Shown one piece after another: positions 7,400-18,684 of a stretch of DNA of 57,746 bases. A program made the translations under genes and the position numbers. The stretch is from contig JAXGNF010000007.1 in assembly GCA_040768135.1 (NCBI GenBank), positions 1-57,746 of the forward strand, in the 5' to 3' direction. Below the pieces are notes generated by a model. The model saw only the letters and a list, made by a program, of their open reading frames with translations, had not been told where the DNA came from and ran no database searches. How positions within the stretch are numbered: position 1 is the first letter of the stretch; every line of letters starts with the position of its first letter. The stretch comes from Thermoleophilia bacterium. GTDB lineage: Bacteria > Actinomycetota > Thermoleophilia > RBG-16-64-13.

Positions 7400-8614
7400 C
7401 TATTGCACCAGATTCATCATGTTGAACATCGGCAGGTACATGGCTATCACGACGAGACCCACCAGACCGCCGACGAACAGCATCATTATCGGTTCGATGA
7501 TCGAGGTGAGTGATTTCACTGCTGCGTCGACTTCGTCTTCATAGAAGTCGGCAATCTTCCCGAGCATGGCATCGAGCGCACCCGTCTCTTCACCGATTGA
7601 GATCATGTGAGTCACCATCGGCGGGAATACGGCGACGCGCGAAAGTGGATGCGCGATCGGCTCACCGCTGCGGACGCTTTCTTTCACATCGATCATCGAG
7701 TGTTCGATAACGTAGTTGCCTGAGGTCTTACCGGTGATATCTATAGCCTGAAGGATCGGGACCCCGGAGCTGACTAGGGTCGACAGAGTCCGACTGAACC
7801 GCGCCAGGGCTATCTTCTGAACGACCGGACCAAGCTTCATGGGGAGCTTCAGCTTCACGCGGTCCCAAGCCCGACGACCTTGCTCGGTCTGTTTCAATTT
7901 GTTGAGACCCCACACGAAAAGCCCCAAGAGCGGGAATATGATGAACCAATAGCCCTTAAGGACGTCGCTGACCCCCATCATGAGTTGTGTCAGTCCCGGG
8001 AGTTCCCCGCCCAGCTCGTCGTACATGCCCGCAAAAATCGGGATGATGAACAACAACATGCCTATCATGACCATGATGGCAAAACCGGCGATGAGGACCG
8101 GGTAGGCCATTGCCGACTTGACCGTGCGCCGGAGACTGTCGTCTTTCTCCAGCTGCTCTGCCAACCGGTTGAGAGTCTGGTCGAGCACGCCCCCCGCCTC
8201 GCCGGCACGGACCATGGACACATATAGACGGTCAAAAGCGGCCGGATGGCGCTCCATGGCATCAGAGAGCGGCATACCTGCTTCGACGTCCCCACTTACG
8301 GCAGAAATGATCTTCTTGAACCGAGGGTTCTCCGTTTGCTCTTCAAGGACATAGAGGGCGCGCAGCACCGCCAGACCGGAGTTGATCATGGTCGAGAACT
8401 GACGGGCGAAGATAGCTTTATCGCGTATCTTGATACGTTGGGAGTTCTCGAACGCCTCTTTCAGTCCGATCGTCTTCCGCTTCTCTTCAAGCTTTATGAC
8501 CGTCAGGCCTTTGTGGCGCAGTTGGGCGACCACCGCTGCCTTGTTGTCGGCCATAGCCTCCCCGGTGAACGGGGCGCCTCTCTCCCGCTTCGCGGTGTAT
8601 GTATAGGTCGCCAC
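7400..8614 (-). CDS. pilC: Type IV pilus platform protein PilC (GspF family)
   Basis: FARQFSTMINSG, GEAGGVLD, FSRTLSTLVSSGVPIL, GEETGALD, EPIM; three TM segments. Confidence 0.95.
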   Translation of the reverse strand: MATYTYTAKRERGAPFTGEAMADNKAAVVAQLRHKGLTVIKLEEKRKTIGLKEAFENSQRIKIRDKAIFARQFSTMINSGLAVLRALYVLEEQTENPRFKKIISAVSGDVEAGMPLSDAMERHPAAFDRLYVSMVRAGEAGGVLDQTLNRLAEQLEKDDSLRRTVKSAMAYPVLIAGFAIMVMIGMLLFIIPIFAGMYDELGGELPGLTQLMMGVSDVLKGYWFIIFPLLGLFVWGLNKLKQTEQGRRAWDRVKLKLPMKLGPVVQKIALARFSRTLSTLVSSGVPILQAIDITGKTSGNYVIEHSMIDVKESVRSGEPIAHPLSRVAVFPPMVTHMISIGEETGALDAMLGKIADFYEDEVDAAVKSLTSIIEPIMMLFVGGLVGLVVIAMYLPMFNMMNLVQ

Positions 8615-8665
8615 TCCTCTTACTCCTCTTTCACGCTCCGTGGAGCAGTTTGCCTCTAATCGATG

Positions 8666-8693
8666 CTATCGACCGCAAGGGGCCAAGACTCAA
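8666..8693 (-). promoter_or_regulatory. Putative sigma28/WhiG-type promoter for pilC
   Basis: TTGAG-N15-GTCGATAG. Confidence 0.4.
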
Positions 8694-8735
8694 GTGCAGC
8701 ACCTGTACCTCCCCCCCCACGCCTTCACGGCCGCC

Positions 8736-9800
8736 TCACGCGGCTCCCATTAGCAGCAATCGCTCCAGCTCTTCAGGCACCGATGAGCGCCGAATAGCCA
8801 GCTCTCTCGTGATCTGCCCACGGCGAACCAGGTCCGCCAGACAGGAGTTCATCGTTTGCATTCCATGTTGCGTGCCTGTCTGCATGACCGTATAAAGCTG
8901 ATGAGTTTTGCCCTCCCGGATGAGATTGCGGGCCGCCGGTGTACAGACGAGTACTTCGCACGCTACGGACCGGCCCTTGCCGCTGGCCTTCGGTAGAAGC
9001 TGCTGTGTCACTATCCCTTCGAGGGTAGCGGCAATCTGCACACGGATCTGCTCTTGTTGGTGGGGTGGAAAAACATCGATCATCCGGTCGATGGTCTGGG
9101 GACAGTCCTGGGTGTGAAGGGTCGCAAACACCAAATGACCGGTTTCCGCAGCAGTCAGAGCTATCTGGATGGTCTCCAAATCGCGCATCTCGCCGATGAG
9201 TATTATGTCGGGATCCTGACGCAGAGCGGACCGGAGGGCGATCGGGAATGCCTTCGTGTCGCTACCCACTTCTCTCTGCTTGACGATGCACCGTTTGTGA
9301 CGGTGGAGGAACTCGATGGGATCTTCGATGGTCACGATGTGATCGGCCCGGGTCTGGTTAATCTCGTCGATCATGGCGGCAAGGGTCGTGGACTTGCCCG
9401 AGCCGGTCGGTCCGGTCACTAGAACAAAGCCTCGCGGCCTCTTGCTGAACGTGTGCAACACCTTGGGCAAGCCAAGATCCTCGATGCTCTTGATGGCAGT
9501 GGGGATCAGTCGAAAGGCGGCGCTGAGAGTACCTCTCTGGAAGCAGGCGTTTATACGGAAGCGGGCCATGCCGTAGAGTGCGTATGAGAAATCGACCTCC
9601 CACTCGGTCTCAAGCTTCTGGCGCTGATCCTGGGTAAGGATGCTGTAGATTAGCTCCCGCGTTTCGTTGGCATTCAGGTCGGGGTAATCCAACTTCACGA
9701 GATGTCCGTCGATGCGGACCATCGGAGGTATCCCAACCGAAAGGTGCAGGTCCGAAGCGTCTCTGTCGATCACTTCTTTGAGAATCTCGCCTATGTCCAC
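8736..9800 (-). CDS. pilT: Type IV pilus retraction ATPase
   Basis: GPTGSGKST, TIEDPIE, ALRQDPD, GEMRD, TGHLV..TLH, AARNLIRE. Confidence 0.95.
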   Translation of the reverse strand: MDIGEILKEVIDRDASDLHLSVGIPPMVRIDGHLVKLDYPDLNANETRELIYSILTQDQRQKLETEWEVDFSYALYGMARFRINACFQRGTLSAAFRLIPTAIKSIEDLGLPKVLHTFSKRPRGFVLVTGPTGSGKSTTLAAMIDEINQTRADHIVTIEDPIEFLHRHKRCIVKQREVGSDTKAFPIALRSALRQDPDIILIGEMRDLETIQIALTAAETGHLVFATLHTQDCPQTIDRMIDVFPPHQQEQIRVQIAATLEGIVTQQLLPKASGKGRSVACEVLVCTPAARNLIREGKTHQLYTVMQTGTQHGMQTMNSCLADLVRRGQITRELAIRRSSVPEELERLLLMGAA

Positions 9801-9812
9801 CCTATTCGCCCC

Positions 9813-9839
9813 TTATCGGTTCTCTTGGCCACATCTCGC
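9813..9839 (-). promoter_or_regulatory. Putative sigma28/WhiG-type promoter for pilT
   Basis: ACCGATAA at 9813-9820, 12 nt upstream of the GTG; -35 weak. Confidence 0.5.
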
Positions 9840-9855
9840 CGCGTAAGGACTCTCG

Positions 9856-11588
<1,733 letters not shown>

Positions 11589-11592
<4 letters not shown>

Positions 11593-12455
11593 CCTTCTTC
11601 GTACTTGATACTGGCCCTCATTGCATCCAAGGGCGGCTCGTTGCCCGTCCACAGACGATAAGTGTGTCCGGCCTGCAACAGGAGCATCTCGATGCCGTCT
11701 ATGGCACGGACCCCGCGCTCTCGGGCCTCCCGTACAAGATGAGTAGGCCCTTTGCCGTACACCAAATCGACCACAGCTAGGCCGCTGTGCAGAATATCGA
11801 CAGGTATCGGCAAGTCCTTGACCTCAGATGTCAACCCTACAGACGTGGCATTCACCAGTAGGTCGGCACCGAGAGCAGCGGCCACGAGATCGGAGTCAGA
11901 GACCGCGTAGCATTCGGTCGGACCCCACGTGTCGGCCACGCGGCACAGAGCCTCCGCACGCGAGAAGGTTCGATTGAATACACCGACGCTTGCAGCTCCC
12001 TCAGCCACAAGCGCCGCCACCACCGCCCGAGCTGCGCCCCCTGCGCCGGCCACTACACAGCGGAGCCCACCGGCACCCTTGGGGACCACGAGTCTGAGAG
12101 ACTCCGAGAAACCGGCCACGTCGGTGTTGTATCCCTTAAGGCGTCCTTGGTCGTTTACGACCGTGTTGACCGCTCCCAACCGGTCTGCGGCAGGATCTAC
12201 ATCATCCAACAGGTCGAGAGCCGCCTCTTTGTGGGGGAGTGTGACATTGACCCCTCGTACGCCCAAAGCCCGAATTCCCGAGAACGCGTCGGCCAGATGT
12301 TCGGGCCGGACATCGAAAGCGAGATACACGAAGTCCAACTTCTGGGCTTCGAACGCTGCATTTTGAATTAGAGGAGACAGGGAGTGGGCCACAGGGCGCC
12401 CTATGAGACCCACTACCCGCGTGTGGGCCGTGATCGTCGGTTGCGGTTCTTGCAT
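11589..12455 (-). CDS. aroE: Shikimate dehydrogenase
   Basis: HSLSP, NVTLPHKE, GAVNT, NTDV, GAGGAARA, NATSVG; start ATG 12455. Confidence 0.93.
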
Positions 12456-12498
12456 CGGCACCCCTTCCACTGTTGTGTTTGGCCCATAGACACGGAGG

Positions 12499-12527
12499 TT
12501 ATCGGACAGCGGAAATGCCGGCCTCTG
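12499..12527 (-). promoter_or_regulatory. Putative sigma28/WhiG-type promoter for aroE-pilB
   Basis: TCCGATAA at 12499-12506 in the mltG-aroE gap; -35 weak. Confidence 0.4.
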
Positions 12528-12602
12528 TCCAAGGTTGTAAATTGGTTGGTCTGGGCCGCACGGACATCCCCGCCGGCAAGGCCTCACCCAAGCCCTACGC
12601 AG

Positions 12603-13715
12603 TCACTGCTTCGGTTGCTTCTCCTTGGCCTTGAGAAATTCCTCATAGGAAGCCGTGAAGAAATGCCGGCCTTCGGTGTCGCTCAGGACGTAGTAGAGAT
12701 AGTCTACGTTTGCCGGTTGGAGGGCGGCCTTCAAAGAGGCCACCCCGGGGTTGCAGATCGGCGTCGGCGGTAGCCCCTTGACAACGCGTGTATTGTAAGG
12801 AGATTTCGTAGCCAGGTCTTCGGTGGTAAGGGTTCCCGTCCACTTCCCCACGGCATAGCGCACGGTGGCATCGATCCCCAGCGTCATGTCGGCTTTCATG
12901 CGATTGTAGATGACCGCCGCGATCTTGCTCCTCTCTTCAGCGACACGGGCCTCCTTCTCGATCATCGAAGCCACGATCACGATCTCATACGGCGTCAGTT
13001 CAAGGGTCTTGGCTTTCTCCCAAGAAAGCGAGCTCGTCTTTGCGTCGAAGGCGGCCAACTGAGCGCCGATCAATTCCGTAGCTCCATCCCCCTTGAGGAG
13101 GTAGTAGGTGCTTGGAAACAGAAGGCCTTCCAGAGTCGTAACCTTCGGAGTAGTCCCCCCCACTTCGGGCAGGACGAACTCCTTCGGTTTGGCGCTCAAC
13201 TCCACATACTCGGAACCGTCGATGGAGCCGCCCTCCGTCAACAGTTCGCCGATTTGCCCAACCGCCAGACCTTCAGGGATCGTCAGCTTGAAACTGGGCG
13301 AGCCCTCGCCCCGTTCCAGCATATCCACCACCTCCAACAAGGATTGGCTTTGGTGGAACTGATAGATCCCAGGCTTCAGATCGTTCTCGCTGCCCCGCTT
13401 CTTCACCAGGTCGACAAACGCCGCCGAAGAGGCAACAACTTTTTTGTCTTCTAGGAGACGACTGATCTGAATGGCCGACATCCCAGGATCGATGGTGACC
13501 TTGACCACGTTCCCGCGTGCGGCTTCGGTCGTGGAGGTGGTCGAACGTTCTTGGTACCAGTCTCTACTCCAATCGACAAAATACGCGACCCCGATCACAA
13601 AGCCCAAGAAGGCGCCCACCACCACCAATCGGGTGGTCCACCGGCGCATAGTGCGATATCTCTGAGGACGCAGCCGGTTCTCGCGACTACCAGGCCTGGG
13701 ATACCACTCATCCAT
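12603..13715 (-). CDS. mltG: Endolytic transglycosylase MltG (YceG)
   Basis: N-terminal TM, EGLLFPSTY, ASMIEKE, SPYNT, GLPPTPICNPG; alternative start 13649. Confidence 0.93.
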   Translation of the reverse strand: MDEWYPRPGSRENRLRPQRYRTMRRWTTRLVVVGAFLGFVIGVAYFVDWSRDWYQERSTTSTTEAARGNVVKVTIDPGMSAIQISRLLEDKKVVASSAAFVDLVKKRGSENDLKPGIYQFHQSQSLLEVVDMLERGEGSPSFKLTIPEGLAVGQIGELLTEGGSIDGSEYVELSAKPKEFVLPEVGGTTPKVTTLEGLLFPSTYYLLKGDGATELIGAQLAAFDAKTSSLSWEKAKTLELTPYEIVIVASMIEKEARVAEERSKIAAVIYNRMKADMTLGIDATVRYAVGKWTGTLTTEDLATKSPYNTRVVKGLPPTPICNPGVASLKAALQPANVDYLYYVLSDTEGRHFFTASYEEFLKAKEKQPKQ

Positions 13716-13730
13716 GTGTCAACTCTTCCG

Positions 13731-14147
13731 TCATGATCCGTCATCAACTGCCGATGGCCTCTCGCGGGCCGAATCAAGATAGTTCTGCAGCATGTAGCAG
13801 GCGGCCACGTCGTCGCGCGCCTCCGATCCCGGCCGTCCAGCGCCCGCCAGTTTGGAGGTGAACCGCTCATCCCACATCGTAACCGGCACGCATACCGCAG
13901 CCTGCAGCCGCTCTCCAAAAGACAACACGTAATTCATCTGTTGATTAGCGCCGCCGGCCAGCGGTCGTGGCAGACCCACTACTATCTCCCCCACCCCTTC
14001 CTCTCTCGCCACCGCCACAATCTGGGCGATCAGCCTGGCTTCGTCACGCTCGGCCACAACAGCGAGGGGACGACATGTCAGGCCCAAGGAGTCCGAGAGC
14101 GCCAGCCCGGTACGACTCCGCCCGAGATCAACTCCCAACCTGCGCAC
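13731..14147 (-). CDS. ruvX: Holliday junction resolvase-like / pre-16S rRNA nuclease RuvX (YqgF)
   Basis: GVDLG..RTGLALSD, VGLP, WDERFTS; alaS-ruvX-mltG order. Confidence 0.92.
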   Translation of the reverse strand: MRRLGVDLGRSRTGLALSDSLGLTCRPLAVVAERDEARLIAQIVAVAREEGVGEIVVGLPRPLAGGANQQMNYVLSFGERLQAAVCVPVTMWDERFTSKLAGAGRPGSEARDDVAACYMLQNYLDSARERPSAVDDGS

Positions 14148-16766
14148 TCAGCCGCCTAATCCGTTAGTAACGGCTTTGCGGGCGTAGGCGACTGCTTCGG
14201 CCAGTCTGCCGGGGTCTCCCCCACCCCCGCGCCCTAACCGAGGGCTCCCGCCTCCGCCTCCACCGAACTCACGAGCAGCCGACTTGACGATCGCGCCCGC
14301 GTCTATGCCGTCTACGCCGGCCCCGGTACTCACTACCAGGGTCCCCTTCCCCTGTACGTCTGCGCCCAAGATGACGACAGCCCGCCCCACTCGATCCCTC
14401 ACTTGGTCCACCAGCCTCAATAGGTGGTCCATGTCGCGAGCTTCAACGACCTCCGCCACCACTGAGATATCTCCGCAGCGGACGGCCCCTGCCACCAAGG
14501 TGGAGACCACATCCTTCGCGCTCTCTGAAAGGAGACTCTTCACCTCCGCCTCTAGGTTCCCCACCTTGTCTTGGAGTTTCATGAGGGTGTTCAGCATCTC
14601 CCCCTCCGTACTCCCCAAGGCTTCCGCCGCACGGGCCACCACCTGGTCGCGCTCCCGATAGTAGGCCACGGCCGCCTTCCCGGTGACCGCTTCGATACGC
14701 CGGACGTTCGCTCCGACGCTCCCTTCGGAGATGATCTTGAATATCCCGATCTCGCTTGTAGACCCCACGTGGGTTCCGCCACACAGTTCGCGACTAAAAT
14801 CGTCGATCTCGACCACTCTGACGAATTCGTCGTATTTCTCGCCAAAAAGCGCTGTAGCGCCCAAATCGCGAGCGTGGTCGAGGCTGGTGGTAAAGGTCCG
14901 CACCGGATGGTTCTCAACGATGCGCCGGTTGACCAATTCTTCGACTTCTGAGAGCCTGTCCGGTCCCAGGGGCTCATGATAGGCGAAATCGAATCGGAAT
15001 CTATCCGCCCTTACCGAGGAACCGGCCTGAGTCACGTCTTTGCCCAAGCGCGCCCGCAGGGCGTAGTGGAGCAGATGCGTGGCGGTGTGATTGGCAGCCA
15101 CGTCATGCCGGTGCCCGGAGGCCAAGGAAGCCTTGACCCGGGTACCCGGCTCGATCCGGCCGTCGATGAGGCGGGCCACGATGACCTGCACCCGACCCTC
15201 TTGCTGTACGTCCTCGACTGCTGCTTTGCCGTCTTCGGATTCGATTATGCCCGTATCGGCCGTCTGGCCACCCATCTCCGCATAGAAAGGGCTTTCCCGC
15301 AGGGAGAGGATCACCCGCCCGTCATCCAGGGATTCCAGATTCTCAACCACCGTGTAGAGGTCATCGCGCTCATATCCAAGGAACTCAGTGGGGTGCACCG
15401 TCTCTCTGGCAAAACGGACTATGGCCTCCTGGAGTCCCCCCCCGTCTTTCTGGGCACTGCGGGCCCGCCGGCGCTGCTCCTCCATCGCGGCCTCGAACTC
15501 GACCAAGTCGAGGGTGAGGCCACGCTCTTCGACGATCTCGCGCGTCACCTCTACAGGAAAACCATAGGTATCGTGGAGCATGAAGGCCACGCTCCCAGGG
15601 AACCGGTCGGTCCCTTCCTCGAGGGCGCGGACCACTGCCTCTTCAACGAGCAGCAGACCCTGATCGAGCGTCCGATTGAACCGCTCTTCTTCGACATGAG
15701 CCACCCTGAGGATACTGTCTCTGCGCTCTCGGAGTTCGGGATAGGCCTCGCCCATCAACTCAATGGCCCGCTCGGCAAAGCGGCCCAAGAAGGGCGGCTC
15801 TATGCCCGCCGAGCGGCTGAACCGAGCCGCACGTCGGATGACCCGCCGCAGGACGTATCCGCGCCCCTCATTGCTGGGGATCACCCCATCGGCCACCAGG
15901 AAAGTCAAGGCTCGAGAGTGATCGGCCAACACGCGCAGAGCCACGTCCACTTTCTTGTCGAGTCCGAAGGATGTATCGGCGAGTTCTTCCCCCAGTTCTA
16001 TCAAGGGTTGAAAAACATCGGTCATGAACACAGACTCGACATCCTGTTTGAGAGCGGCAATCCGCTCCAAGCCCATACCCGTGTCGATGTTCTGCGCCGG
16101 CAACGGGGCCAGGATTTGGTTCTCATCCATGTTGTAGCCTGTGAAGACAAGGTTCCAGTACTCGACGTATCGATCACACTCGCAACCCGGTCGGCAGTCG
16201 GGTAGACCACAACCGTACTCAGGGCCTCGGTCATAGTAGAGCTCTGACGAGGGGCCACACGGTCCGCTCGGTCCGACCGGACCCCAGAAGTTCGCACTCC
16301 GCGGGAGTCCGACCATGCGCTCGCGCGGCAGTCCGGCCTCAGACCACAAGGCGACTGCTTCCTCATCGGGCTCGATGGTCTCGTCCCCCTCGAAGTACGA
16401 GATCCATAGCCGCTCGGGATCCAAGCCCAGATAATCTAATGAGAACTCCCACGCGAAGCGGATGGCGCCTTCCTTGAAGTAATCGCCTACCGAGAAATTA
16501 CCGAGCATCTCGAAGAAGGTGCAGTGGCGTGCAGTCAAGCCGACCCTATCGATGTCGGAGGTACGAAAGCACTTCTGCACGCTTGTGAGTCGCCGGCTGG
16601 GAGGTTCCGCCAGCCCCAAGAAGTAGGGTTTGAACTGCTGCATACCCGCCGTTGTCAACAAGACCGACGGGTCCTTGTAGGGGACCAGCGATGCGCTGGG
16701 TACCAGAAGGTGCCCTCGTTCGACGAAATAGTCTAGAAAGAGCTTTCGCAGTTCAGCCGTCTTCAC
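14148..16766 (-). CDS. alaS: Alanine--tRNA ligase
   Basis: TTAGMQQFK, RHCTFFEMLGNFS, NHTATHLLH, ELCGGTHV. Confidence 0.97.
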   Translation of the reverse strand: MKTAELRKLFLDYFVERGHLLVPSASLVPYKDPSVLLTTAGMQQFKPYFLGLAEPPSRRLTSVQKCFRTSDIDRVGLTARHCTFFEMLGNFSVGDYFKEGAIRFAWEFSLDYLGLDPERLWISYFEGDETIEPDEEAVALWSEAGLPRERMVGLPRSANFWGPVGPSGPCGPSSELYYDRGPEYGCGLPDCRPGCECDRYVEYWNLVFTGYNMDENQILAPLPAQNIDTGMGLERIAALKQDVESVFMTDVFQPLIELGEELADTSFGLDKKVDVALRVLADHSRALTFLVADGVIPSNEGRGYVLRRVIRRAARFSRSAGIEPPFLGRFAERAIELMGEAYPELRERRDSILRVAHVEEERFNRTLDQGLLLVEEAVVRALEEGTDRFPGSVAFMLHDTYGFPVEVTREIVEERGLTLDLVEFEAAMEEQRRRARSAQKDGGGLQEAIVRFARETVHPTEFLGYERDDLYTVVENLESLDDGRVILSLRESPFYAEMGGQTADTGIIESEDGKAAVEDVQQEGRVQVIVARLIDGRIEPGTRVKASLASGHRHDVAANHTATHLLHYALRARLGKDVTQAGSSVRADRFRFDFAYHEPLGPDRLSEVEELVNRRIVENHPVRTFTTSLDHARDLGATALFGEKYDEFVRVVEIDDFSRELCGGTHVGSTSEIGIFKIISEGSVGANVRRIEAVTGKAAVAYYRERDQVVARAAEALGSTEGEMLNTLMKLQDKVGNLEAEVKSLLSESAKDVVSTLVAGAVRCGDISVVAEVVEARDMDHLLRLVDQVRDRVGRAVVILGADVQGKGTLVVSTGAGVDGIDAGAIVKSAAREFGGGGGGSPRLGRGGGGDPGRLAEAVAYARKAVTNGLGG

Positions 16767-16769
16767 GGG

Positions 16770-17615
16770 TCAGACCTCACCTCTCCCCCCGGCCGCTTCA
16801 GCCAGGGCCTCGTCTTCCGCCATGTACTGGCGCAGGTTCTCGATCGACTTTCTAATCAGACGCGACACATGCATCTGAGATATCCCAACCCGAGCGGCTA
16901 CCTGTGTCTGTGTCATGCCCTCAAAAAAGCGCAGATGCAAGATCAGACGTTCCCTGGGTTCGAGACGAGCCATAGCGGGCGCCAAGACCCGGCGCTGCTC
17001 GAACACCTCGTACGCCTCTTCTTCGGTCCCCAGGTAGTCGAGCAGTTCGAGCGATTCGTCATCTTCGGCCGATCCCCCTGAGAAGATCGAGATCGAACTA
17101 TAGGCCCGGCCACTCTCCAGCGCTTCGACCACCTCTTCCTCGCTCACTTCGGCGGCCGCCGCCAGCTCAGCAATGGTCGGCGAGCGTCGCAACTCTACCG
17201 TGAGTTGCTCGATGACCCGGTTCAAGCGGACGTTCAAGTCCTGCAGGGCCCGCGGGACCTTCACAGCCCAACCCTTGTCGCGGAAATACCGTTTTATCTC
17301 CCCCATGATGGTCGGGGTGGCGTACGTGGAAAGCTCGACCCCCCGCTCGAGATCGAATCGATCGATGGCCTTGATCAGCCCGATAGACCCTACCTGGATA
17401 AGGTCTTCGACCGGTTGCCCCCGTGATGCGAACCGCCTAGCCAGGCTCTTCACGAGAGGCAGGTACCGGGTGATGAGCTCCTCACGTGCGGTCAGATCTT
17501 GATGTTCTTTGAGACGCAGCAGAAGCTCACGTTCAGACAATAGCTCCAGGGGCCCAGACCAGGTGCTACCCTCCGGCGAACGCTCGACCTCTTTGCCTTT
17601 CTCCGGTTTCGACAC
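16770..17615 (-). CDS. SigB/SigF/SigG-family RNA polymerase sigma factor
   Basis: DLIQVGSIGLIKAIDRFD, YATPTIMGEIKRYFRD, ISQMHVSRL. Confidence 0.93.
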   Translation of the reverse strand: MSKPEKGKEVERSPEGSTWSGPLELLSERELLLRLKEHQDLTAREELITRYLPLVKSLARRFASRGQPVEDLIQVGSIGLIKAIDRFDLERGVELSTYATPTIMGEIKRYFRDKGWAVKVPRALQDLNVRLNRVIEQLTVELRRSPTIAELAAAAEVSEEEVVEALESGRAYSSISIFSGGSAEDDESLELLDYLGTEEEAYEVFEQRRVLAPAMARLEPRERLILHLRFFEGMTQTQVAARVGISQMHVSRLIRKSIENLRQYMAEDEALAEAAGGRGEV

Positions 17616-18086
17616 TTAGGATGCCTGCTTCTCCATCTCGACCGCGAATGAAGCAGGGCCGCTCTCAATCACCTCGTAGCTTTCTACCAGCGAACTGACA
17701 AGTAGGCGTACATCGAGTCGACATTCCTCACAAGGCCGGAAGGGGTCAACCGCCAGAAGAGCGGCCTTCACACTCTGATTGCCCAACCCGCCCAACCTGA
17801 CCCGGAATCCGCCACCCACGCGATAGACGTCGAGAACCAGTTCCGGACCCACCTCCGCCTCTTCGGCCAGCAGTGACTCCACCGCGAGCAACAGATCGTC
17901 CAGACGGTCAAGGGGGAGGTCATTGCGGGAAGCCATACCACTCATGAGTACGCGCATCACGGGCAGTGCGGAATCACTCCGCGCGATGCGAAGCGTCACG
18001 ATGTCGTCAGGCTCTCCCATCGGACCGGCGGCCTCCATAGCTGGGGACTCGAAGGGCTTGGGCTTACGAGCCGAGTTCTTCGTCAA
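17616..18086 (-). CDS. RsbW/UsfX-like anti-sigma factor with degenerate kinase motifs
   Basis: VMRVLMSGMA..DLPLDRLDDLLLAV pattern, directly upstream of the sigma gene; N-box Asn absent. Confidence 0.7.
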   Translation of the reverse strand: MTKNSARKPKPFESPAMEAAGPMGEPDDIVTLRIARSDSALPVMRVLMSGMASRNDLPLDRLDDLLLAVESLLAEEAEVGPELVLDVYRVGGGFRVRLGGLGNQSVKAALLAVDPFRPCEECRLDVRLLVSSLVESYEVIESGPASFAVEMEKQAS

Positions 18087-18309
18087 TCTCCTGCTGTTTC
18101 TCCTGGTACATCTCCCGCCCGTGCTCGACGGCCTCCGCCGCTCGGTTCTTGAGGTCGGCGAAGATGCGCTGAGCCTCAGCGGGAACGTCAGAGAACGCCT
18201 CTTGCAGCGGCTTGCCGGTCTCTTGTGCTATGCGATAGGCGATAAGGACCGCCCCTCCAATTGCTGCTCCGGCGGCCAGAACGATCAATGACCGAAACGT
18301 GCCCATCAT
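18064..18309 (-). CDS. YtxH-like small membrane protein
   Basis: LAAGAAIGGAVL TM segment followed by amphipathic helix; paired with DUF948. Confidence 0.55.
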   Translation of the reverse strand: MMGTFRSLIVLAAGAAIGGAVLIAYRIAQETGKPLQEAFSDVPAEAQRIFADLKNRAAEAVEHGREMYQEKQQEIDEELGS

Positions 18310-18683
18310 CTCTCCTTTACATTCCCGCTCTTGAAGAACGACCTCACGCCCTCACTCACTCCGGCAGCCAGGCCGGCGGCCATTTTCATAGGCTTGGATA
18401 CGGCTCCGTGCACGGCGGTTGTAGCCTGCTCGGCCGTCCTTACGATCTCCGCGACGGAGCCCGTGATATCGTCGACCTTACCGAGTTCGGCATTGACGCC
18501 GTCAAGCGTGCCTCCCACGCGAGTCAGTAGTGGCAACACCTGCGTGTTCGCATCGGCAAGGATGCTGCTCACCCGCTTCAGAACGGCACCCAGACGGAAG
18601 AGCGCGTACGCGATCCCCACCCCGAAGAGCACAAAGAAAACGCCTATGGCGACCTTCATGATGGTATCGCCGTCCCACTCCAT
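18306..18683 (-). CDS. DUF948 (YtxG-like) membrane protein
   Basis: N-terminal TM, then VLPLL..V..TLDGVN..L..VD.IT..V pattern. Confidence 0.75.
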   Translation of the reverse strand: MEWDGDTIMKVAIGVFFVLFGVGIAYALFRLGAVLKRVSSILADANTQVLPLLTRVGGTLDGVNAELGKVDDITGSVAEIVRTAEQATTAVHGAVSKPMKMAAGLAAGVSEGVRSFFKSGNVKER

Positions 18684-18684
18684 T

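Noticed and set aside
16770-17615. This sigma as the WhiG/FliA partner of RsiG
   Set aside because: Motifs (YATPTIMGEIKRYFRD..W.VKVPR, SQMHVSR) are SigB/F/G type, and it has its own RsbW-like neighbour.
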